From contig NZ_JAUNXI010000004.1 in assembly GCF_030539875.1 (NCBI RefSeq), positions 19,575 through 83,574 of the forward strand: a DNA stretch of 64,000 bases, written 5' to 3'. The notes below the pieces were generated by a model, which was not told the origin of the DNA, ran no database searches, and was given only the letters and a program-made list of their open reading frames with translations. Shown one piece after another: positions 31,655 through 40,909 of this stretch; position 1 is the first letter of the stretch, and every line of letters begins with the position of its first letter. Both the position numbers and the translations under genes were made by a program. The stretch comes from Methanobrevibacter sp. (GTDB taxonomy: Archaea; Methanobacteriota; Methanobacteria; Methanobacteriales; Methanobacteriaceae).

Positions 31655-32905
31655 TCAATATTCACAATAATTGTACTGATTATTTTTCTTAAATTTAACA
31701 GAATATAACATTAACTTTTCCATATCCTGAGGGTTATTGATAAACTCCTCCAAATTGCTTGTAAGCATTAATTGCATTGATTTGGAAAAACGTTGCCAAT
31801 CAAAAACCTCAGAAGTTTCATATTTCAGTTCAGAATATTTTGGCATATCATTAATCTTTGAAAATTCTTTTTTTATGTCCATTCTTAGATTCTCATCTAT
31901 ATATGGCTCAATAATTGATTTTATATAATCAGCAAAGGTATTCCCTATCCCGTTTGCAACTTCAACATGGTCTTCTGAATAGTATTGCAAAAATTCTGAT
32001 AAACGGTGTTTATATGAACCATAATCCTGATACCCCAATAGTGCAAATCTCCCTTCAACAGTATGGGCGCAGTACTCATCAACCAAATAATTTAATTCAT
32101 TATTTATTAAAGCATAACAAACAAAAGCTTCAACTGCTTCAGTTTTTTCAGTTTTAAGAATTTCTGAAACGACCTGTTCTAATATTTCGGATAATAAAAA
32201 ATGTGAAAGTTCATGAATCAATGTGGTGATTTGTATTGCATCACTTGCTCTATCGTCAATATAAATTTCATTAAATTCAAAATGCCCCAAATTTCCTCCG
32301 CCTTCCTTATAATCTGTTTTAACAAATGATTTTGAAAATAACATGATTTTGTCTAGTGTAGAAATTGAATAAAAATTTATATGGTGTTTATCAATTAGTT
32401 CATTAAGAATTTTCTCAGATGTCTTTTTAATGTTAGTTATTATTTCATTAAATTGCAATTGGCTTAAATTAAAATCAGTTAATTTATCAATATTTGGCTG
32501 TGAAAGCAAGTCTTTAACTTCACTAAACTTATTGGGATATTCATTAAAATTATAATGGTTATTCGGATTAGTTTTAATATCTTTAATCTTGGGTGTTTTA
32601 ACAAAATAAACTAATGAACCATCGGAAGGGCATCTTATACAATGATTGTACTCCTCAGGATACTTGGCTCCGCATGCACTGCATATTTTAACCAAATCAC
32701 CTATATTAATAAGTTCGATTAAATCTGAATGTTGTGAGCAAAAATTATCCTCTTTTTTATATTTTTTTCCACATTTTGGGCAAATTTTAACTAGATCTCT
32801 TGAGTAAACTAATTTAATGACTTCTTCATGATGGGAACAAAAATTATGGGAACTGCCATAAATTTCACCACATAAAGGACATTCTTTTTGATCATTTAAC
32901 TGAAT
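31655..32905 (-). CDS. triple zinc-ribbon protein with HExxH metallopeptidase-like domain
   Basis: Frame is open 70 codons upstream of the track start, to an ATT at 32905 lying 5 nt after AGGTGG; ITTLIHELSHFLL. Confidence 0.7.
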   Translation of the reverse strand: MQLNDQKECPLCGEIYGSSHNFCSHHEEVIKLVYSRDLVKICPKCGKKYKKEDNFCSQHSDLIELINIGDLVKICSACGAKYPEEYNHCIRCPSDGSLVYFVKTPKIKDIKTNPNNHYNFNEYPNKFSEVKDLLSQPNIDKLTDFNLSQLQFNEIITNIKKTSEKILNELIDKHHINFYSISTLDKIMLFSKSFVKTDYKEGGGNLGHFEFNEIYIDDRASDAIQITTLIHELSHFLLSEILEQVVSEILKTEKTEAVEAFVCYALINNELNYLVDEYCAHTVEGRFALLGYQDYGSYKHRLSEFLQYYSEDHVEVANGIGNTFADYIKSIIEPYIDENLRMDIKKEFSKINDMPKYSELKYETSEVFDWQRFSKSMQLMLTSNLEEFINNPQDMEKLMLYSVKFKKNNQYNYCEY

Positions 32906-32929
32906 TTAAACCACCTAATAAAGAAAAAA

Positions 32930-33385
32930 TTAAGGATTGCATACGCTACATGGTTTTTTACCATCTGATATTGCATCCTCCCGGGAAGTATAAACTATTT
33001 TGTTATGGTCACTAATTTTTTGAGCCCATTCACATGATGAGAGATGGAATTTATCTGTTTTTGCACTGGCCCAATATTCTGTACCGGTAGCAGGACTTGA
33101 ATCATCACTAGAACCTGATTGGGATTGTGAATTAGTAGTTTTATTTTCATTAACTGGACTAACTGCATTAGAAGAGGAATCTTTTGAGATATCGCCTGTT
33201 TCATTGCTGTTGAAAACACCGCCAGCTAAAGCCCCTACAACCGCTAAAATAACAATGATGACAATTATTCCAATCAGCAATTTTGAAGAATTATTTGATT
33301 TTTCTTTATCTAATTTAGCACCGCATTTACTGCAGCGTTTATCTGATGCATTTAAATCATTTCCACAACTAGGACATTTTGCCAT
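32930..33385 (-). CDS. zinc-ribbon + TM + Ada-type metal-binding domain protein
   Basis: CPSCG...CSKCG, TM, Ser-rich linker, YWASAKTDKFHLSSC...GKKPCSVCNP. Confidence 0.85.
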   Translation of the reverse strand: MAKCPSCGNDLNASDKRCSKCGAKLDKEKSNNSSKLLIGIIVIIVILAVVGALAGGVFNSNETGDISKDSSSNAVSPVNENKTTNSQSQSGSSDDSSPATGTEYWASAKTDKFHLSSCEWAQKISDHNKIVYTSREDAISDGKKPCSVCNP

Positions 33386-33717
33386 TGATACGCACCTCGA
33401 ACAATATTGTTTAGATATTATAACTTTGTCATATGTTAGTAATATATTGTTTGTATGAATAATTATGAAATTTTTACAATTTGCATGTGGAAATCTCTTT
33501 TTTCGCTTTTCTAAACTCTGCGGTTGCTAAAAATTCTCTGTTAGACAGAACAATGGCAAAATTTGAAAAATGATTAAGAAGAATAAAAACAAAGAGGGCA
33601 TGAAAATTTCTAATGAATGCAGAAGTTAAACGTTTCATTTTTTTAACTCAAAATGCAATGACTTTATAGTTTCTAATTAATTTAAAAATGAAATCATTAA
33701 TTAAAAGATTAAAAATA

Positions 33718-33820
33718 TTGGAGAAGATTTATGAAAACTCATGTGATAGTTGTGCTACTTATGTTCTCTTTAGCTTATTTTTAGTGAACTTATATTAATT
33801 AAAGATTTTCATTCGTTTAA
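33718..33820 (+). repeat. MKTH dispersed repeat copy 1; ORF 33731-33784 MKTHVIVVLLMFSLAYF
   Basis: GGAGAAG RBS, intact 17 aa hydrophobic ORF; shares core with 35486, 43009 and 45841 and the 3' block AATTAAAGATTTTCATTCGT with the 43009 copy. Confidence 0.85.
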
Positions 33821-33823
33821 TAT

Positions 33824-33917
33824 GTACTAAATTTTTTAGTACATGTTCTATATACTATATTTTATAATATGTACTAAAATTTATATTATATTAGGTACAT
33901 ACTATAATTTGTAGTAC
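33824..33917. promoter_or_regulatory. operator array GTACTA-N7-TAGTAC upstream of ATPase gene
   Basis: Perfect site 33824-33842, near-perfect 33899-33917, partial at 33852 and 33871. Confidence 0.6.
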
Positions 33918-33938
33918 ATTTTTTAGGAGGATTCTGTA

Positions 33939-35129
33939 ATGACAGATTTGCCTTGGGGAAATAACCAGAATTTGACTGATGAAGAATTTTACAACAGAGA
34001 AAGCGAATTAGTAAATATTAAAAATATTTTGCATTCAACCAGTCAGGGTCATGCCCCAGATTTATTATTGACTGGCATAAGGGGAGTAGGTAAAACTGTT
34101 TTTCTTAAAAAGCTAAAAAGAGAACTGGATGATGAATATCTGGTAGTATATATGGATTTTTCAAAATCCAAATGCTATCAGAAAAACCAGATGAGCATAA
34201 TCGGATTGATGGAACATTTCTTCAAAGAGTTAATTCTCGAATCAAAAAACAAAGGATTGAACACGTTAGACAAGCAAATAGAAAAATATTTCAAATCCAA
34301 TGATTTTAAAATCAGGGAGTTCATACAGCTTGATAAAATACCTGTACCAGTTTTTTCAAGTAAAACAAATGAAGAAAAACTTATGGATTTTACATTGAAT
34401 CTGCCTGAAAAAATATATGATGAAAATAATGACAAAATTAAAGGTGTTTTAATATTCATTGATGAATTTCAAATTATTAAAGAACTGAACAATTACAAGG
34501 AATCCTTTTTATGGAAAATTAGAAGCTACATTCAAAACCAAAGAAACATAGCATACATATTTTCAGGTTCAATGAGCCTGCAGGACAAATTAATATCTGA
34601 AATTGCAAGCCAGAATGGAGCATTTGGCGGAAGAATGATTTCAATAAACATTAATCCATTTGAGAAAGAAACTGTCAAAAATTATCTGTCTGAAAAAACC
34701 CCATATATCTTATTCACTAATGATGGTTTTGACAGATTTTACAAATGCACCTCTGGAGTTCCGTCATATGTCAATATATTTGCATCCCTGCTTCCAATCA
34801 ATGAGCAGCTGGATGATGATGCAATAAAAATGTATTTTGATAAAAAAATCCAGGCAATAAGTTCTCATTTAATAAATATATGGGCTAGACTGTCTTTTAG
34901 AGAACAGACCATAATCATAATTCTGCTCGAAAAACCCCTGAGAAGAATAGACATAGCGAATGAATTTGGAATATCTACGGGGTCATTAAGCAATTACTTA
35001 AACAATCTTCAAAATCAAGGATTAATAAGTTTAAATAATGGATTATATGAGATTTCAGAACCTATTCTTAAAAGATGGTTGGAATTGGAATTTAAAGAAA
35101 AGGGAATATATCCCTACAGAAATATATAA
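33939..35129 (+). CDS. archaeal ATPase (AAA+/STAND-like) with C-terminal winged HTH
   Basis: FYNRESEL, Walker A GIRGVGKT, Walker B LIFIDEFQ, GSLSNYLNNLQNQGLI wHTH. Confidence 0.9.
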   Translation: MTDLPWGNNQNLTDEEFYNRESELVNIKNILHSTSQGHAPDLLLTGIRGVGKTVFLKKLKRELDDEYLVVYMDFSKSKCYQKNQMSIIGLMEHFFKELILESKNKGLNTLDKQIEKYFKSNDFKIREFIQLDKIPVPVFSSKTNEEKLMDFTLNLPEKIYDENNDKIKGVLIFIDEFQIIKELNNYKESFLWKIRSYIQNQRNIAYIFSGSMSLQDKLISEIASQNGAFGGRMISININPFEKETVKNYLSEKTPYILFTNDGFDRFYKCTSGVPSYVNIFASLLPINEQLDDDAIKMYFDKKIQAISSHLINIWARLSFREQTIIIILLEKPLRRIDIANEFGISTGSLSNYLNNLQNQGLISLNNGLYEISEPILKRWLELEFKEKGIYPYRNI

Positions 35130-35485
35130 CTACTAAATATCAAGTTCAATTAATTACTTCATTTGTCTGAAGTTACACTATTAACTTTAGTAATTTGAAG
35201 TACTTTAAATTGTTAAAGTATATGTGTTTGTGATTTTTTTGTAATGGAATTCAGATAAAAAATTGTCTTGGATACTAAAATAATTCATTAAATTAAATTC
35301 AATAAAAATTGATATAAATAATTTTTTTTTGATTTAAGAATAATTTTATAGTTTAATATCAATATTAAATTTTGACAGTAATTCTATCACGTCCTAACGA
35401 TTAGATATTATGAAGATAGTTTAACAATAGGTTCTAATTTTGTTGTACTCAAAACTAGAAATGTATATAGTAATGATATATAACT

Positions 35486-35600
35486 TGAAATTTAAAATAT
35501 TAATTAATTATTAATTTGGAGAGATTTGTATGAGACTCATGTGATAGTTGTGCTACTTTTCTCTATATGCTTATTTTAATGACATGGTTATTAAATATTA
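35486..35600 (+). repeat. MKTH dispersed repeat copy 2 (1-nt deletion after ATG)
   Basis: GGAGAGATTTGTATGAGACTCATGTGATAGTTGTGCTACTT; the ATG frame stops after MRLM, an alternative TTG frame gives MYETHVIVVLLFSICLF. Confidence 0.85.
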
Positions 35601-35806
35601 TTTCACTCATTTTTTTACTCTATAATCTAGGACAAATTATTCCTTAAATTCATACAAACGAATCTTGTTATGTAAATTCAAATTTAGATTGTAAAAACAA
35701 TTTCAAACTTCACAATCTGGATTTTCGCCATTGGTTGGAATTTTAATGATAATGATTTTATATAGGAAATTATGGGGTCCAGCTATTGATGTACAGCAAA
35801 ACGATT

Positions 35807-36775
35807 TCAAAATAAGTTATTGCAAACAAAGAATAGTCTAGAATTCTTAATCAATAAGCAGAATTTTGAAACGATATAAAGTACAGGCAATTCTATTAAA
35901 GGTCCTATTATTAGTCCAATTGCTATTAATTCATGTCCTGGGAAAGAATTTATTGCAATAGCTAGTGCTATTGGAGAATTACGTGCTAATGTTGTCATTG
36001 TCAGGCTTGCATATTCAGGATAGGTAAAATTAATTTTTTCAGATAATAATAAATCTATAATGACATTAACACCAAAGAAAATGATTAATGGTATAAATAT
36101 TGAAATTATGGAGTTCAAATTATCAAGTAATAGGGAGCCTTGGCTTGAAAAAATGCAGATTACTGCAAGTGCTAAAAACCAGATCTGTAAATTTGAAAAT
36201 AATTCTGTTGCTTTTTCATTTAGATTTTCATTTAATACAAATTTTGTAATCTGTGAAGCTATAAATGGAATTACAATAACGATTAAAAGTGAATAGATGA
36301 TTTGCGAGTAATTTAATGTAATCTTACTTGAAAAGAATAATATTAAATAAATTGGAAGTAAAATAATTTGCAATACCAAATTAATTGGCAATATTGATAA
36401 ACTTAGTTTAATGTCTCCTTTTGCTATTTTGGTAAATACCAGATACCAATCTGTACATGGTGTTACTATTAACATGAAAAATCCAATTAAAATATCCAGA
36501 TTGCCTTTTAAAAATATTGACCCTAGAAAATATCCGAATAAGGGTGTCCATATGAAATTAATAATTAAACTTGCGAATGTGAATTTAAGATTTTTAAAAC
36601 TGTTTTTCAACTCATTTAATTCTGTTTCTAAAAATAATCCATAAATCATTAAGCATAAAAATATGGTTATAAAATACTCACTATTTTGGGCAATAAACAA
36701 AATATTGCTAAATATCAGTCCAATAATGATTGAAAAAATAATTATAAACGGTTCTATTTTTTCTATTAATTTCAT
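35807..36775 (-). CDS. arsenite efflux-like transporter (ACR3/SBF family)
   Basis: INFIWTPL, VTPCTDWYLVFT, ARNSPIALAIA, GPLIELPVL. Confidence 0.88.
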   Translation of the reverse strand: MKLIEKIEPFIIIFSIIIGLIFSNILFIAQNSEYFITIFLCLMIYGLFLETELNELKNSFKNLKFTFASLIINFIWTPLFGYFLGSIFLKGNLDILIGFFMLIVTPCTDWYLVFTKIAKGDIKLSLSILPINLVLQIILLPIYLILFFSSKITLNYSQIIYSLLIVIVIPFIASQITKFVLNENLNEKATELFSNLQIWFLALAVICIFSSQGSLLLDNLNSIISIFIPLIIFFGVNVIIDLLLSEKINFTYPEYASLTMTTLARNSPIALAIAINSFPGHELIAIGLIIGPLIELPVLYIVSKFCLLIKNSRLFFVCNNLF

Positions 36776-36819
36776 GACAACACCTTAGAATAACTATTTT
36801 TTTTTAAAATGTAACTAGC

Positions 36820-37065
36820 TCATTTGTCTTTGTCTATTAATTGCATTAATCTCCATATTGATTTTCTGTTCATCTTGGAAATTGCCCGTTGTGTTGGAAT
36901 TTTCATGGGACAGACATCTTCACATGATAATGTTTTCAGACAATGTGGATAAAATTTTTCTTTATATAACAATGTATTCATAAATGCATGATATGCCGGC
37001 ATCAACACTACAATAATTATTAGAATACTATTTATTTTTCTAAGAGAAATCATTTTTATCCCATC
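36820..37065 (-). pseudogene. probable chimeric remnant (membrane N-terminus fused to a ferredoxin-like C-terminal fragment)
   Basis: Short ORF with TM start and only a partial CEDVCP motif. Confidence 0.3.
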
Positions 37066-37076
37066 ATATACGTGCT

Positions 37077-37571
37077 TTATTTATCATTCATATTTTTGAT
37101 TCTTAAAATTGAGGATGTAACTGCACATAGGGTTATAGCAATTGTCAATAGGAATATGATATTTTTGGAGTTTATCAATATTGCAATAATGGGAAATGCA
37201 TAGAACATATATGCAACGAATGTTCCGAATCTATCATATTTTAACCCGCCCTTTCCGGATGTTATGAAAAACTCAATCAATTTCAATGATATTATAAATA
37301 TGAACCAAAAAGGCACTAAATCAATTAAAACAAGTGACAATGTTGATAGGATTATAAATAAAAAATCACAGATAACATCGATTTCAGAGCCATTTGCGGA
37401 TATCAAATCATATTTGCGAGTTAAATGACCATCTAAGATATCGCTAATTATCGTCAATGTAAATATCCAAGTTAGGTAAATGATATTGAAATCAAAAAGA
37501 ACAGCATATAGGAATAATAGTCCAAGAATTATTCTTGAAAAAGATAGTGAATTAATTATTAATCTATTCAT
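37077..37571 (-). CDS. CDP-alcohol phosphatidyltransferase family protein
   Basis: SDILDGHLTR...GSEIDVICD signature. Confidence 0.88.
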   Translation of the reverse strand: MNRLIINSLSFSRIILGLLFLYAVLFDFNIIYLTWIFTLTIISDILDGHLTRKYDLISANGSEIDVICDFLFIILSTLSLVLIDLVPFWFIFIISLKLIEFFITSGKGGLKYDRFGTFVAYMFYAFPIIAILINSKNIIFLLTIAITLCAVTSSILRIKNMNDK

Positions 37572-37822
37572 AGTTGTCGTTGTAATTTATAGCTAATCAA
37601 TTTATATGTCTTTAAGTTAAGAATTGAGCTTAATGAATGATTATGACTATTGCAAATATAATTTCCATTAATCAAACTTTAAATATGAGATTATACGATT
37701 CAAGTTGTTGACTTTATAATATTATTAATCAAGTTTTAGAATAATGATTGAATAATTGCGTTTTCATGTGCTTGATATATTTTCACCTCATTAATATATT
37801 TTTTAGCAAACATATATAAATT

Positions 37823-37836
37823 TTAGGTTTACCAAA
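37823..37836 (-). promoter_or_regulatory. DtxR/SirR-like box
   Basis: TTAGGTTTACCAAA, 2 bp upstream of a minus-strand TTTATATA (37813-37820). Confidence 0.5.
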
Positions 37837-38007
37837 ATTTAGTATATTTTGTAGATATATCTTCGATAATGCTGTGATAATATGGTTAATAATGGAGAGC
37901 GAATTGATTAATAGTTTATTGATAATATTGGTTTCGTAAGTGTTGGACAATTCCAATAGTGCTATTTGGAACAACTTTTATGGCTGTTGATATATGCTAG
38001 AATATCA

Positions 38008-38090
38008 ATCAAATAGAAAAACATGAAGTTAATGCCAAAACCGTTAAATTAAATGAAAAAATAGATATTAATTATATCACTTTCAAATTA
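38008..38090 (+). repeat. shared promoter module upstream of the integrase
   Basis: AATAGAAAAACATGAAGTTAATGCCAAAACC...AAATGAAAAAATAGATATTAATTATATC resembles 45738-45820 and 47521-47600. Confidence 0.6.
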
Positions 38091-38166
38091 TTATATACTT
38101 ATCCCAAATTTGTTTTTTTATGGCTCTTTGAAATTTTTTTTACAACCGAAAATTAGAGGTGTAACT

Positions 38167-39274
38167 ATGAAAAATAATGAGCTTTTAAAAAATATATTTG
38201 TAACATACAACCATTCCCCCTGCTACTCAGAAGGCATATGTCTATGCTCTTAAGCAGTACTCAAACTATTTTGGCATGGATCTTCATGAGTTTTTAAGGG
38301 AAGCGGAAGACGAGGAAAACAAGGGAATAAAATGGAAGCACAGGAAAATCAAAAGCAGACTTCTGGAATTCAGGCAATATTATCTGAGCAACTATGCATT
38401 GAACATTACAAGATCTGTGATGATGTGTATCACTAAGTTCTACAAGTTCTATGACATTGAAATCTATTCCTTGCCGAAAATCAACCAGAAATCCATACAG
38501 AAACCGCAACCTATTTATTTCACTGATTTGCCTGATAAGGAGATAATCCGTGAGGCGATTAGTATTGCAACACCTGTCATGAAGGCGGCGATAATTTTCA
38601 TCTGCTCCAGTGGATGTGCAAGGGCAGAGACCTTGAGCCTTAAAATACAGGATTATATCGATGCGCTGTCCGAATACCTGCCCCGCAAGGATATGGATAT
38701 CTTTGAGATAATCGATTTGATTGAGGGCGACGACACGATTGTTCCCACATTCAATATCTGCCGTAAAAAGACCAACAAGTACTATACGACACACTGCAGT
38801 CCCGAAGCCGTCAAGGCAATCAATGCACATATTCTGTATCGTACGGACAATGCAACCAATGATTTAAAGCTATTTAAGATGGATTTGAGTTATTTTTCTC
38901 TTAATTTCCAAAAGATAAATGATGCTTTGGGACTGGGCAAAGTTGGAAACTACAACCGTTTCAGAAGCCATATGCTACATAAATTTCATGCATCAGCACT
39001 TTACAATGACGGCATGAGCCTTGATGATGTCAACGACCTGCAAGGAAAATCCAAAAGCAGGACGGATCAGGCATACTTTATGATTAACCCTGAAGATTTG
39101 AAATACGAATACATCGAGCATTTACCTGCCGTTACCATCAGTACTGATGTTAAAAAATTGCATGTCAAATCACCGGAGTTTGTTAAAATTGAAAATGAGA
39201 AAAATGAACTTAAAAGTGAACTTGACAGGCTCCGGGCTGATATTGACATTATTAAAGGTATGATTGGGAAATAA
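38167..39274 (+). pseudogene. tyrosine recombinase/integrase, frameshifted and with altered catalytic motif
   Basis: ATG 38167 after GAGGT; extra C in TCCCCCT shifts into the 38276 frame; SSGCARAE, RKKT, HMLHKF (HxxR Arg replaced), AYF. Confidence 0.75.
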
Positions 39275-39348
39275 GTATTTTTCCCAATCTCAATATTTAA
39301 CTCCTTAAAAGTGTTAAATTGCTATTTATCATCTTAAAATACTCATTT

Positions 39349-40800
39349 TTATAAAAATGAGAATGTTTTCGGAGGCAGATAAATAATATTATCTTTTTTT
39401 GTTATAGTTTTAGTGGTATTTGAAATTATTATTCCATAATCAGCATTGTAACGCTCAATTGCAGGAGCAAGTTGTCTTTTCTTCTTTTTGCCCATACTCA
39501 CTTCAATAGGTATTGCCTTTTGGAATTCACTCTGAATTACAAAATCGACATTGGTCTTGTCTTCCGGATCATAGTATAATGTGAAATAGTTTCCCTCCTC
39601 ATTGCTCAGGTAGAATAATGTTGATGCAACCAGATTTTCCAAAAGAACGCCGAGATATGCCTTTTTATTTGAATTTAAATTGCCTATTGATGATGTCATG
39701 ATATGTTTTATGCTTGATGTTGCAAAGAAATACTCCCATGACTTGATGGACCTTTTAGGTGATGCGATATGTGGTTCGCAATGAAATATCAGCTGAGTTT
39801 TTTCAAGAATGTCAAGGATGTTTCTTACATTGCCTTTGGATGTTCCAAGGTATGTTCCCATTTTTTCCTGGGAAATGTCTCCCGGCTTTTGCAGTGCAAG
39901 AAATCTCAACAGACGGTTAGCATGTGTTTGACTGGTGGAGGTTATTGAGGATATTGCTCCCATATCATGTGATATTACTTTCTTTATCATTCCGGTTATG
40001 TTTTTGCAGATTATATGATGGTTGGTTTCAAACAGTGATGTTGGAAATCCACCATATTTTAAAAATTCATCCCAATCAGTTGTTGAATAACCGTTGATGT
40101 TGATTAAATCCTGATTTATCTGTTGCTCACAAGCTGCTGCATCAGTTATGTCTCCTTCGAAAATTAATTTTTTAAGGGATGCTGAAGCATTGGCGGCATT
40201 GTAGTTGTATTTCAGTTTCAGGTGCTGATTGTAGTTTAGTGGAGTGATGTTTTCTTTTAGAAGTCTTCTTGCTGAATCGGCATCGTATTCAAGGTTCAGT
40301 GCTGATGAACCTGTAAAAATCATGAATATGTTTTTGGTTCTGTCATATATCCTCTTTCCGGACAATGCCCAGTTTTTGTCATACTGTGATTCGTCGATGA
40401 GCAGGAATATTTTTTTGTCCAGTCTCCTTAAAGTGGTGTTGTGGTAGGTTTCTAAAAATTGTGTTACAACATCTATGATTTTAAAATCCACAATGTCATT
40501 TAGGTTTTCGCATGAAATGAACAGTATCTGATTGGGATTGATATTTTTGGATTTGAACAGGTATTCATAGGTCTGGTATAGTAGTGTTGTTTTCCCAATA
40601 CCTCTTAAGCCTGGAAGTGCAAAATAACGGTTGTTGGTTGTTTTTTCTAAAAACTCATCAATATGATGTTTAATAAATTCAAACTCTTTTCTATGTTCAA
40701 AATTTCTGCCATCCAATGTTAATTCATTATCTAAAATGTTTGGAACATCAGATAATTCTTCTTTAATATAATCACTGATAATTTCTTCTTTTTCATACAT
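39349..40800 (-). CDS. ATP-binding protein (AAA_14 + DUF4143 type)
   Basis: GLRGIGKTT, LLIDESQY, GSSAL, FLKYGGFP; start refined to MYEKEE after GAGG. Confidence 0.9.
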   Translation of the reverse strand: MYEKEEIISDYIKEELSDVPNILDNELTLDGRNFEHRKEFEFIKHHIDEFLEKTTNNRYFALPGLRGIGKTTLLYQTYEYLFKSKNINPNQILFISCENLNDIVDFKIIDVVTQFLETYHNTTLRRLDKKIFLLIDESQYDKNWALSGKRIYDRTKNIFMIFTGSSALNLEYDADSARRLLKENITPLNYNQHLKLKYNYNAANASASLKKLIFEGDITDAAACEQQINQDLININGYSTTDWDEFLKYGGFPTSLFETNHHIICKNITGMIKKVISHDMGAISSITSTSQTHANRLLRFLALQKPGDISQEKMGTYLGTSKGNVRNILDILEKTQLIFHCEPHIASPKRSIKSWEYFFATSSIKHIMTSSIGNLNSNKKAYLGVLLENLVASTLFYLSNEEGNYFTLYYDPEDKTNVDFVIQSEFQKAIPIEVSMGKKKKRQLAPAIERYNADYGIIISNTTKTITKKDNIIYLPPKTFSFL

Positions 40801-40835
40801 TTTAAACCTCATCCTGGAAAAAATATTTAATTTAC

Positions 40836-40888
40836 TGGTTAAATATTTGACCACATAATATATAAATCTGTGGTCAGATAACTGACCA
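40836..40888. promoter_or_regulatory. two 18-bp palindromes TGGTYA-N6-TGACCA flanking a TATA box
   Basis: TGGTTAAATATTTGACCA 40836-40853; TGGTCAGATAACTGACCA 40871-40888. Confidence 0.65.
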
Positions 40889-40909
40889 GTATATGCTTGC
40901 TATGATAAA

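Noticed and set aside
33718-33790. Hammerhead ribozyme or known riboswitch in the MKTH repeat
   Set aside because: No CUGANGA/GAAA core or other aptamer consensus recognisable by eye on either strand
37783-37974. 63 aa ORF
   Set aside because: AT-rich, crosses a promoter-like site; the plus strand may be a very decayed adhesin remnant but is too degraded to call
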